From an uncultured Bacteroidales bacterium (lineage in GTDB: Bacteria > Bacteroidota > Bacteroidia > Bacteroidales > WCHB1-69): DNA of 64,000 nucleotides. Location: the NCBI GenBank assembly GCA_934699095.1, contig CAKUVI010000003.1:67785-131784 (forward strand), read 5' to 3'. Below the pieces are notes generated by a model. It was given only the letters and a program-made list of their open reading frames with translations. It ran no database searches and was not told the origin of the DNA. The position numbers and the translations under genes were made by a program. Positions 55,805 through 63,339 of this stretch are shown here, in pieces. Each line of letters begins with the position of its first letter. Within the stretch, counting starts at the first letter, position 1.

Positions 55805-55840
55805 TTTTTTGTATTTTTGCGCATTATAAAATATGCTGTT

Positions 55841-56965
55841 ATGTTAGTGCGAACAATACAACAAAAGATTGAAAAACAGCTTGTTCCAAACAAAGCCGTG
55901 TTTATTTTTGGGGCGCGGCGTGTGGGGAAGACCGTGTTGGTGCGTCAAATACTGGAACGGTTTTCGGGCAGGACCATGCTTCTGAACGGTGAAGACTATG
56001 ATGCCCAAGTGCTGCTTGAAGAGAAAAGCATCGCCAATTACCGACGGTTACTCGCCGATGTGGACCTGCTTGCCATCGATGAGGCGCAGGCCATCCCGCA
56101 TATCGGTGAGAAACTCAAATTGATGGTGGACGAGGTGCCGGGCATCCGCATCCTTGCCACCGGATCTTCCGCTTTCGACATACGCAACCAGGTGGGGGAG
56201 CCGTTGGTGGGCAGAGGGTCCTCTTTTATTCTTCAGCCTTTTTCACAGCAGGAAATCTCGCAACAGGAGAACCTGCTTCAAACCCGCCGCAATCTCGAAA
56301 CACGGCTTGTCTTCGGAAGTTATCCTGATGTGGTGTTGGAAGACGACAGGGAGGCTAATGTGGAATATTTGAAAAGTATTGTTTCGGCATATCTGCTGAA
56401 GGATATCCTCTCGTTGGACGGAATCAAGAATTCAGGCAAAATGATGGAACTGTTGCAATTGGTGTCTTTTCAGGTCGGGAGCGAACTGTCGTATGATGAA
56501 TTGTCCAACAAACTGGGAATCAGCAAAAACACAGTGCAGAAGTACATGGATCTGCTTTCGAAGGTGTATGTGATTTTCCGTTTGGGCGGCTACGCGAGAA
56601 ACTTGAGGAAAGAGGTGTCCAAAATAGGGAAATGGTACTTTTACGACAATGGCATACGCAACGCTGTCATCGGCAGATTCCAGCCAATGGCCTTGCGCGA
56701 CGATGTGGGGGCCTTGTGGGAGAACTATTTTATCAGTGAAAGGATGAAACAGAACCTTCACGGACAATTCAACAGGAATCTTTATTTCTGGAAAACCTAC
56801 GACCGTCAGGAAATAGACTTGATAGAAGAGGCACCAGACGGTCTGAGTGCCTTTGAGATAAAATGGAGCGAGGAAAAGGTGAAAATTCCGGTTGCCTTTG
56901 CAAAAAACTATCCTGAAGCAGCCTTCCATTTGGTCAACCGCAATAATTATCTGGATTTCATTTAA
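55841..56965 (+). CDS. AAA+ ATPase with a DUF4143-type C-terminal domain (second COG1373-like paralog)
   Basis: FIFGARRVGKTV Walker A and LAIDEAQ Walker B. A TATTTTTG box lies at 55812-55819. Confidence 0.8.
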   Translation: MLVRTIQQKIEKQLVPNKAVFIFGARRVGKTVLVRQILERFSGRTMLLNGEDYDAQVLLEEKSIANYRRLLADVDLLAIDEAQAIPHIGEKLKLMVDEVPGIRILATGSSAFDIRNQVGEPLVGRGSSFILQPFSQQEISQQENLLQTRRNLETRLVFGSYPDVVLEDDREANVEYLKSIVSAYLLKDILSLDGIKNSGKMMELLQLVSFQVGSELSYDELSNKLGISKNTVQKYMDLLSKVYVIFRLGGYARNLRKEVSKIGKWYFYDNGIRNAVIGRFQPMALRDDVGALWENYFISERMKQNLHGQFNRNLYFWKTYDRQEIDLIEEAPDGLSAFEIKWSEEKVKIPVAFAKNYPEAAFHLVNRNNYLDFI

Positions 56966-57120
56966 GGTGTGGGGCGGTACGGCAGTTCAAGTTAAGGAAA
57001 ACGGAACAAATTAACGAGAGAGAGGAAACATGTTAAAGAAATCAATATTTTTAACACAAAAAGATTTAAAAGTTGAGTTCTAGCGAAAGGATTAACAACA
57101 AGAATAAAACACCAACCAAT

Positions 57121-57249
57121 ATGAAAAAAGTCATCGTAATTTCAACCAGTCTCCGCCCGGGTGCCACCCACTGCTACCTATACGACGGCAGCGAGGGCAA
57201 CTGCATCCCGTGGGACTCGCTGGCGGAGTTTTTTGGAAAGAATCTATAG
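57121..57249 (+). pseudogene. Chimeric 42-codon mini-ORF, copy 1: FMN-reductase-like start fused to an alpha/beta-hydrolase 3' end
   Basis: MKKVIVISTSLRPG joined to ATHCYLYDGSEGNCIPWDSLAEFFGKNL. Compare PGATHCDLYDGGEGNYIPWDKLAEFFGKNL at the end of 32781-33581. Confidence 0.55.
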
Positions 57250-57255
57250 ATAACT

Positions 57256-57274
57256 AACAGATAAATCGGAATTT
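57256..57274 (+). repeat. Conserved intergenic linker AACAGATAAATCGGAATTT, copy 1
   Basis: It directly abuts the ATG at 57275. Confidence 0.75.
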
Positions 57275-57922
57275 ATGGAGATAAAAAACAGACCCAACCC
57301 CAATGAGGCCTTCCCGAATCCTAAGATTCCAAGCCTCTGCTTCATCAAGAACGTGGTGAAGAACCCGCGTATCATCATCGGCGACTATACCTATTATGAT
57401 GACGTGGATGGTGCAGACCAATTCGAGAAGCACGTCACTCATTTCTACGACTTCATTGGCGACCGTCTAATTATTGGCAAATTCTGCGCTATTGCCAGGG
57501 GTGTGGAGTTTGTCATGAATGGAGCCAATCATAGGATGGACGGTGTGACAACCTATCCGTTTTATGTCATTGGTGGCGACTGGGGAAGTGCCATTGCTCC
57601 AGTGAAAGATGAATTGCCTCTGAAGGGTGATACCGTTGTGGGCAATGATGTCTGGATTGGCCAGCATGTTACCATCATGCCAGGCGTTCACATAGGTGAC
57701 GGAGCAATTATCGGAGCCAACTCTGTTGTTGCCTCGGACATTCCTCCATACGCTGTCGCCGTGGGGAATCCTTGCCGTGTGGTCAGAAAGCGCTTCGACG
57801 ACGAATTCATCGCTTATCTGCTGGAACTGAAATGGTGGGATTGGAACATTGAGAGGATTGAGGCCAATTTCGAGGCCTTGTCAAGTGGCGATTTATCGCT
57901 GATTAGAAAGATTGATCAATAG
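57275..57922 (+). CDS. Vat-family (streptogramin A / xenobiotic) hexapeptide O-acetyltransferase
   Basis: PNPNEAFPN...IIIGDYTYYDD...FVMNGANHRMDGVTTYPF...GDTVVGNDVWIGQHVTIMPGVHIGDGAIIGANSVV. Confidence 0.8.
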   Translation: MEIKNRPNPNEAFPNPKIPSLCFIKNVVKNPRIIIGDYTYYDDVDGADQFEKHVTHFYDFIGDRLIIGKFCAIARGVEFVMNGANHRMDGVTTYPFYVIGGDWGSAIAPVKDELPLKGDTVVGNDVWIGQHVTIMPGVHIGDGAIIGANSVVASDIPPYAVAVGNPCRVVRKRFDDEFIAYLLELKWWDWNIERIEANFEALSSGDLSLIRKIDQ

Positions 57923-57932
57923 TTTGTCATCC

Positions 57933-58454
57933 ATGGTTATACTGATAGCAGGTGCATCACATACGGGTAAAACGCTTTTGGCGCAGCGGATGCTTGAAAA
58001 ATACAAGTACCCATATATGTCTATGGATCATTTGAAGATGGGCTTGATCCGCAGTGGCAACACCACCCTGACACCGGAAGATGATGATGCCTTAACGGAA
58101 TACCTTTGGCCCATTGTCCGCGAGATCATCAAGACAGCGATCGAAAATCATCAGAATCTCATAATAGAAGGCGGCTATGTTCCATACAACTGGAGAGAAT
58201 GCTTTGAAGAACCGTATTTGAACGCTATCCGTTTCATTTGTCTTGCCTTGACAGACGAATACATTGACCAACACTTTTCCGAAATAAAAGGACACAGCAT
58301 GGATATTGAAAAGCGGCTGGAAGACAGTTGCACTGTTGCCACTTTAAAGAATGACAACAAGAACTATATTGATGGTTTTAAGAAGGTTGGAGAAAAGGTC
58401 TGTATGATCAACTCCGATTATGAACAAGTGATTCAGTCTATTTTGGACATTTAA
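57933..58454 (+). CDS. P-loop NTPase / small-molecule kinase-like protein
   Basis: ILIAGASHTGKTLLA Walker A. The start is uncertain (57912 or 57933). Confidence 0.6.
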   Translation: MVILIAGASHTGKTLLAQRMLEKYKYPYMSMDHLKMGLIRSGNTTLTPEDDDALTEYLWPIVREIIKTAIENHQNLIIEGGYVPYNWRECFEEPYLNAIRFICLALTDEYIDQHFSEIKGHSMDIEKRLEDSCTVATLKNDNKNYIDGFKKVGEKVCMINSDYEQVIQSILDI

Positions 58455-58477
58455 TTCAATTTTCACGAAATAATACA

Positions 58478-58606
58478 ATGAAAAAAGTAATCGTAATTTC
58501 AACCAGTCTCCGCCCCGGCGCCACCCACTGCGACCTATACGACGGCAGCGATGGCAACTGCATCCCGTGGGACACGCTGGCGGAGTTTTTTGGAAAGAAT
58601 CTATAG
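58478..58606 (+). pseudogene. Chimeric 42-codon mini-ORF, copy 2
   Basis: MKKVIVISTSLRPGATHCDLYDGSDGNCIPWDTLAEFFGKNL has the same fusion junction as copy 1. Confidence 0.55.
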
Positions 58607-58612
58607 ATAAGT

Positions 58613-58631
58613 AACAGATAAAACGGAATTG
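58613..58631 (+). repeat. Conserved intergenic linker, copy 2 (AACAGATAAAACGGAATTG)
   Basis: It ends 2 nt before the ATG at 58634. Confidence 0.7.
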
Positions 58632-58633
58632 TT

Positions 58634-58930
58634 ATGATTGTTTTGATTATTGTCGCCGCCATCCTTCTCATAATGGGAATAATCATACTTGTCGGCAAGG
58701 GAGATAACCTGATTGCCGGCTATAACACTGCCTCGAAAGAAGAGAAGTCGCAGTATAATATCAAACGCCTTCGGGGCTTGATTGGCGGCATCTTGGTCGT
58801 GTTGGCCCCAATGATGTTACTGCTGCTTGGGAGAGAGTCTTTGGCCGCTACACTCTCATTTGTGGTCCTTACCTTCGTTTTGTGTATCGTCATGGTGCTT
58901 CTCGCCAACACTTGGGCAAAAAAGAGGTAA
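58634..58930 (+). CDS. DUF3784-like small membrane protein
   Basis: 98 aa with three TM segments and GKGDNLIAGYNTASKEEKSQYN. Confidence 0.65.
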   Translation: MIVLIIVAAILLIMGIIILVGKGDNLIAGYNTASKEEKSQYNIKRLRGLIGGILVVLAPMMLLLLGRESLAATLSFVVLTFVLCIVMVLLANTWAKKR

Positions 58931-58972
58931 TGTAAATTCCAATGTAACAACGATAACTAACAGAAAATAATA

Positions 58973-59369
58973 TATGAAGAAAGTAAAGATTACCGTCCTC
59001 AAAACGATGCTGAATGAGGACTTGGCAAAGGAATATGGCATCTGCGGACTGAAAGCGTGTCCGATGATGAAGGAAGGTGATGTGTTTTATTCCGACTATG
59101 CAAAGCCTGATGGTTTTTGTGACGAAGCATGGAAAGCCATCTATCAGTATGTGTTTGCACTGGCTCATGGTGCAGACAAAGGACTGTTCTACTATGGCGA
59201 TTGGATTAAAGAGCCCGGTGTGGCCGTTGTCAGTTGCAATGACGGCCTTCGTCCTGTGATAATGAAACTTGAAGCAACAGATGAGGAAGCCAGGATGGAT
59301 TATTCGCCAATAGAAAGATGATGAAAAATATGGAACACAAAATCCTGAACAATGGACTTGAAGATGCCG
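58973..59369 (+). repeat. ~396-bp segmental duplication, copy 2
   Basis: See 53413-53808. Confidence 0.85.
58974..59321 (+). CDS. TIGR04076-family small protein (copy 2, identical to copy 1)
   Basis: The 115-aa translation is identical to 53414-53761. Confidence 0.7.
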   Translation: MKKVKITVLKTMLNEDLAKEYGICGLKACPMMKEGDVFYSDYAKPDGFCDEAWKAIYQYVFALAHGADKGLFYYGDWIKEPGVAVVSCNDGLRPVIMKLEATDEEARMDYSPIER

Positions 59370-59452
59370 CAATCCGGAGGTTGGACACCGGCCGCAACGT
59401 GACCGGCTGGCCGTCGGATGCGCTCCGATATGAGCCTGCGTCCGTTGATTGG
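59330..59452 (+). pseudogene. Aldo/keto reductase remnant: the first ~10 codons fused to the last ~25 codons
   Basis: MEHKILNNGL joined to ...RRLDTGRNVTGWPSDALRYEPA. The reading frame then runs into the hairpin repeat. Confidence 0.7.
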
Positions 59453-59502
59453 CCTTCGGCTGTTAATTACTTCGTGTTAACATGAAGTAATCAACATGAA
59501 GT
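59452..59502. repeat. GTTAAC-hairpin intergenic repeat, copy e
   Basis: GCCTTCGGCTGTTAAT, then TACTTCGTGTTAACATGAAGTA (59468-59489), plus an extra arm AACATGAAGT. Confidence 0.8.
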
Positions 59503-59602
59503 TTGCAGGGCTTGTTTGGCGGTTCGAAATTATTTTCGTATTTTTGCCGCAGAATTTGCGACGTTACAAATGGTATTTCGCCGCATCAAGTGCGAATGAG
59601 TT

Positions 59603-60913
59603 ATGTATATACACGAAAGAGAAGAATGGACAAACTTCCGTTGGGACACTTCCCAAGTATCTCTCCTTCAGGAGAAAGTCTTCCGTAAGCAGGGGCTGCT
59701 TTATGGCAGGCTGAGTTCGTTGGGCTTTGACAGCAAACTGCGTGCGATGGCAGAAAACCTGACATACGATGTGGTGTATTCTTCGGAGATAGAAGGCATT
59801 CAGCTGAACGTGGATCAGGTTCGTTCTTCCATTGCCAGAAAACTTGGCATTGAAAATGTGAAATATACAGCACCCTCGCACTATGTTGACTCTGTTGTGG
59901 GTGTGATGCTTGAAGCAGTCCAGCACTATGACATGCCTCTCGGCAAAGAGAAACTGTGTGCTTGGCAAGCCGCTTTCTTTCCATCGGGCTACAGCGAGGG
60001 TGGTCAGATAGAAATTGGCAAATACCGTACAAACGAAGAGCATATTGTCAGCGGAATGTTCGGACGTGAGAAAATCCACTATATTGCTCCGTCACCAGAC
60101 CGTATAGAGGAGGAAATGCAAAAGTTCCTCGCTTGGTTTGATGGAGAAGAGCCTGTGAGCAGTGTCATCCGTTCAGCCATTGCCCATTTCTGGTTTGTGA
60201 GCATTCATCCCTTTGAGGATGGCAATGGGCGGTTGGCCCGTATCCTTTCTGACATGATGTTGGCGCGTGGAGAAAAGAGTGAGTTCCGTTTCTATAATGT
60301 TTCATCACAGATTAACATGGACAAGAACCACTATTACGAGATTCTTGAACGTATGCAGCATGGCGATGGCGACCTTACAGAATGGTTGGTGTGGTACATG
60401 CAGAAATTGGTGGACGCACTCGACGAGGCTGACACCATCGTGACTACCATCTTAAACAAAAGTTTCTTCTGGCAGAAGGCATCGGCAGTTCCCATGACCG
60501 AGCGACAGACCCAGATGCTCAATCTCTTTCTTGACGGCTATGAGGCAAAGATAACGTCAAAGACATGGGCAACATTGGCAAAATGCTCGAAGGACACGGC
60601 CATACGTGACATACAGGATCTTGTCGATAAGAATATCTTGATAGAGGATATCCCTGGAGCCAAGCGACCAAGTTACTCCATCGTCTATGATGCAGAGGAC
60701 TTGACGCAATTCTTCACTGATATAAACATTAAGGAGGAGAATGACATTCCATATCTCAATGCTTTATATAAAGGAAAGAAGTCGATATGCGAAAGGATTC
60801 TCAAACTTGACGCAGACCGATACCGGGAAGGCGATTTGCCATTGTCCAATCTGCTTAGCAAATACTGCTCGTATATCATTGCAAGCAATAAAGAAAATAA
60901 AACCAACAGATAA
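59603..60913 (+). CDS. Fic-family protein (DUF4172 N-terminus, Fic core, C-terminal winged-helix-like region)
   Basis: HPFEDGNGRLAR Fic motif and an SSEIEG inhibitory-helix-like motif. A -7 box lies at 59539-59546. Confidence 0.85.
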   Translation: MYIHEREEWTNFRWDTSQVSLLQEKVFRKQGLLYGRLSSLGFDSKLRAMAENLTYDVVYSSEIEGIQLNVDQVRSSIARKLGIENVKYTAPSHYVDSVVGVMLEAVQHYDMPLGKEKLCAWQAAFFPSGYSEGGQIEIGKYRTNEEHIVSGMFGREKIHYIAPSPDRIEEEMQKFLAWFDGEEPVSSVIRSAIAHFWFVSIHPFEDGNGRLARILSDMMLARGEKSEFRFYNVSSQINMDKNHYYEILERMQHGDGDLTEWLVWYMQKLVDALDEADTIVTTILNKSFFWQKASAVPMTERQTQMLNLFLDGYEAKITSKTWATLAKCSKDTAIRDIQDLVDKNILIEDIPGAKRPSYSIVYDAEDLTQFFTDINIKEENDIPYLNALYKGKKSICERILKLDADRYREGDLPLSNLLSKYCSYIIASNKENKTNR

Positions 60914-60923
60914 ATCGGAATTT
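60905..60923 (+). repeat. Conserved intergenic linker, copy 3
   Basis: AACAGATAAATCGGAATTT. The Fic stop codon lies inside it. Confidence 0.75.
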
Positions 60924-60987
60924 ATTGTTTCATTAAAAAGGTCTTGGTAGAGACCAGAGCATCGACTCGAAACACTCCAAAGACTAT

Positions 60988-62547
60988 ATGAAGAAGATAT
61001 TCACTTTTTTGGTTGGTGCCTGTCTCTCGGTAGGAGTAATGGCACAAGGTGCTTTGGTTTTCGATGCCAAAGCAGGTGTTAAATCGAAGATGACCGTTTA
61101 TGACGGCACGGAGGTCAGTTATACGGCCTACGAACGGCTGTTCTATGTGACGAATGTGGAGGACTCTACCTATCAGTTCCTCAATGTCTATGTGCCTGAT
61201 GGTGCGACGCAGCAGACTCCTATCTTCCTGCGTACCTACGTGGGTGGCTACATGGCCTCTCCTGCTGCCCAGCCACAAGCGGGCGATGCTACGGGCAGGG
61301 CCTTGAAGGAGGGTTATGTGGTAGTGATTCCGGGTACACGTGGGCGCAACTCTTCCATTGTTGCAGACAAGACATACACCAAAAGTCGCAAGGGTGTGAA
61401 GACTGGGCAGACCATCTATACGGGTCGTGCGCCAAAGGCTATCCTCGATCTGAAAGCTGCTATCCGCTATCTGCGCCACTTCGACAAGGAGATGCCGGGC
61501 AATGCCGAGCGCATCATCACCGACGGAACAAGTGCCGGAGGTGCTATGTCGGCACTAATGGGAGCTACGGGCAACAATCCTGAATATGCCGAACTGCTGA
61601 AGGCGATGGGTGCTGCCGATGAGCGCGACGACGTGTTTGCCTCAGTCTGCTATTGTCCCATCATCGACCTTGAGCATGCCGATATGGCCTATGAGTGGTT
61701 GTATGGGCTGACCGATTCCCGTCAGGCTCTTGACGACACTCATAAACAGATGACCAAAGAGCTTGCCGCCATGTATCCGGCTTATGTAAATAGCCTGAAC
61801 CTGAAGAAACCCGACGGCACACCGCTGACAGCCGACAATTACCTCGACTACCTGAAGAGCGAGATCATCCGTGCGGCACAGATTGCGAAGAATGCCGGAG
61901 CCGACATTCCAGACAGCATAGGATTCTCGTTCAGCAATTCGGCTGGTGGTATGTTTGCGGCACCGATAAACGGAGGGATGCGTCCGCAGATGCCTCAGGG
62001 CGACAATCGCCCGCAGATGCAGGGTGGCCAGCCGCCGAAGGGTATGCGTCCTATGCGTGGCGGTATGGGGCGTAAGCAAGTGGGCGAATACATCACCGAC
62101 CTCGATATGCAGAAGTATCTGAACTACGTGGTATCTACACAGGCGTTGAAAGGTGTTCCTGCTTTTGACAGTCAGATAGAGGGCATCAACAGTGCCAGTG
62201 GCGAGAACGAAGAGTTTGGCGACGAGACAGGCAGCAGCGTGAACTTCACAAAGTTCACGGCTCAGAAGAATGGCACTACTGTTAGTGATGCCATCCGTCA
62301 GAACGTGCGTCTGTTGAACCCCATGAGTTTCATTGGTGACGGCAACACCTCGGTGGCTCCCCACTGGTATATCCGTCATGGTGCACGCGACCGCGACACG
62401 GCCTTCCCCGTGCCCGTCAACTTCGCCACGAAGCTCCAAAACGCGGGCAAGGACGTAAACTTCCTTTTGGCTTGGAACCGTCCGCATAGTGGTGATTATT
62501 CTCTCGATGAGCTGTTCCAGTGGATTGCAGACATCGTAAATAAATAA
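60988..62547 (+). CDS. Secreted alpha/beta hydrolase, tannase (subtype B)-like esterase
   Basis: Signal peptide, and DGTSAGGAMSAL (GxSxG) followed by CYCPIIDLEHADMAYEW. The tannase resemblance is recalled from memory. It has a low-complexity Pro/Gln/Met/Gly insert. Confidence 0.65.
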   Translation: MKKIFTFLVGACLSVGVMAQGALVFDAKAGVKSKMTVYDGTEVSYTAYERLFYVTNVEDSTYQFLNVYVPDGATQQTPIFLRTYVGGYMASPAAQPQAGDATGRALKEGYVVVIPGTRGRNSSIVADKTYTKSRKGVKTGQTIYTGRAPKAILDLKAAIRYLRHFDKEMPGNAERIITDGTSAGGAMSALMGATGNNPEYAELLKAMGAADERDDVFASVCYCPIIDLEHADMAYEWLYGLTDSRQALDDTHKQMTKELAAMYPAYVNSLNLKKPDGTPLTADNYLDYLKSEIIRAAQIAKNAGADIPDSIGFSFSNSAGGMFAAPINGGMRPQMPQGDNRPQMQGGQPPKGMRPMRGGMGRKQVGEYITDLDMQKYLNYVVSTQALKGVPAFDSQIEGINSASGENEEFGDETGSSVNFTKFTAQKNGTTVSDAIRQNVRLLNPMSFIGDGNTSVAPHWYIRHGARDRDTAFPVPVNFATKLQNAGKDVNFLLAWNRPHSGDYSLDELFQWIADIVNK

Positions 62548-62552
62548 CAACC

Positions 62553-62571
62553 AACAGATAAATCGAAATTT
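62553..62571 (+). repeat. Conserved intergenic linker, copy 4 (AACAGATAAATCGAAATTT)
   Basis: It starts 6 nt after the stop codon at 62547. Confidence 0.75.
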
Positions 62572-62587
62572 AACTTACTGAGATATT

Positions 62588-63235
62588 ATGATTGACAGAA
62601 AGAAAGATGAGCAGTATCACGATATGCTCAACAATGGAGAAATGTACGACAGCGTGGACGATCAATTCATAGCCTACCAGCATGAATTAGTGCAGAAACT
62701 CAACGAGTTTAACCGCACGGACGAGACGCCGGAAGGACTTGCCAAGCGCGATGAGATGCTGCGCGACATGTGCGGCACGTACGGCGAGAACCTGTATATC
62801 ATTCCGCCTATTCACGCCAACTGCGGTTTGCGGCACATCCACTTCGGCAAGAACGTGGTGGTTAATTTCAACTGCATGTTCGTCGATGACGGTGACATTT
62901 TCATCGGTGACGATGTGATGATCGGTCCGGGTTGTTGTTTGGCAACCTCTATTCATCCTGTTTCGCCCAAGCTGCGCAAGTATAAGATCCAGCGCAACAA
63001 GTCCATCCGTCTCGGCAATAACGTATGGCTCGGTGCAGGAGCAGTCATCCTGCCGGGTGTAACTATCGGCGATAACTCGATTGTCGGAGCAGGCGCAGTA
63101 GTGACTAAAGATGTTCCCGCCAACAGCATAGTGGTCGGCAATCCCGCTAAGGTGCTTCGTCAGATAACCGAGGATGATGACCGCTTCGAAGGCGGTAAGC
63201 CTATCCCGCAGGAACTGATAGACAAATATATGTAA
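62588..63235 (+). CDS. Maltose O-acetyltransferase-like hexapeptide acetyltransferase with a C-terminal extension
   Basis: NVWLGAGAVILPGVTIGDNSIVGAGAVVTKDVPANSIVVGNPAKVL. Confidence 0.8.
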   Translation: MIDRKKDEQYHDMLNNGEMYDSVDDQFIAYQHELVQKLNEFNRTDETPEGLAKRDEMLRDMCGTYGENLYIIPPIHANCGLRHIHFGKNVVVNFNCMFVDDGDIFIGDDVMIGPGCCLATSIHPVSPKLRKYKIQRNKSIRLGNNVWLGAGAVILPGVTIGDNSIVGAGAVVTKDVPANSIVVGNPAKVLRQITEDDDRFEGGKPIPQELIDKYM

Positions 63236-63339
63236 CATGAAAATCGAAGATAAAAGTCGACCGCTCAATAGAGGAGTTGAACGCCTCAAAGACGAGTTTC
63301 GTGCAATGGAATGTAAAATAGATTAAAAACACTCATATT

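Noticed and set aside
59510-59535. GGCGGTTCGAAAT, which resembles a tRNA T-arm.
   Set aside because: No acceptor, D or anticodon stems can be drawn around it. It sits in a promoter region upstream of the Fic gene.
63237-63326. A 29-codon ORF (MKIEDKSRPLNRGVERLKDEFRAMECKID) between the last acetyltransferase and the OYE gene.
   Set aside because: It is too short and has no recognisable motif or repeat relationship. It may be debris from another deleted gene.
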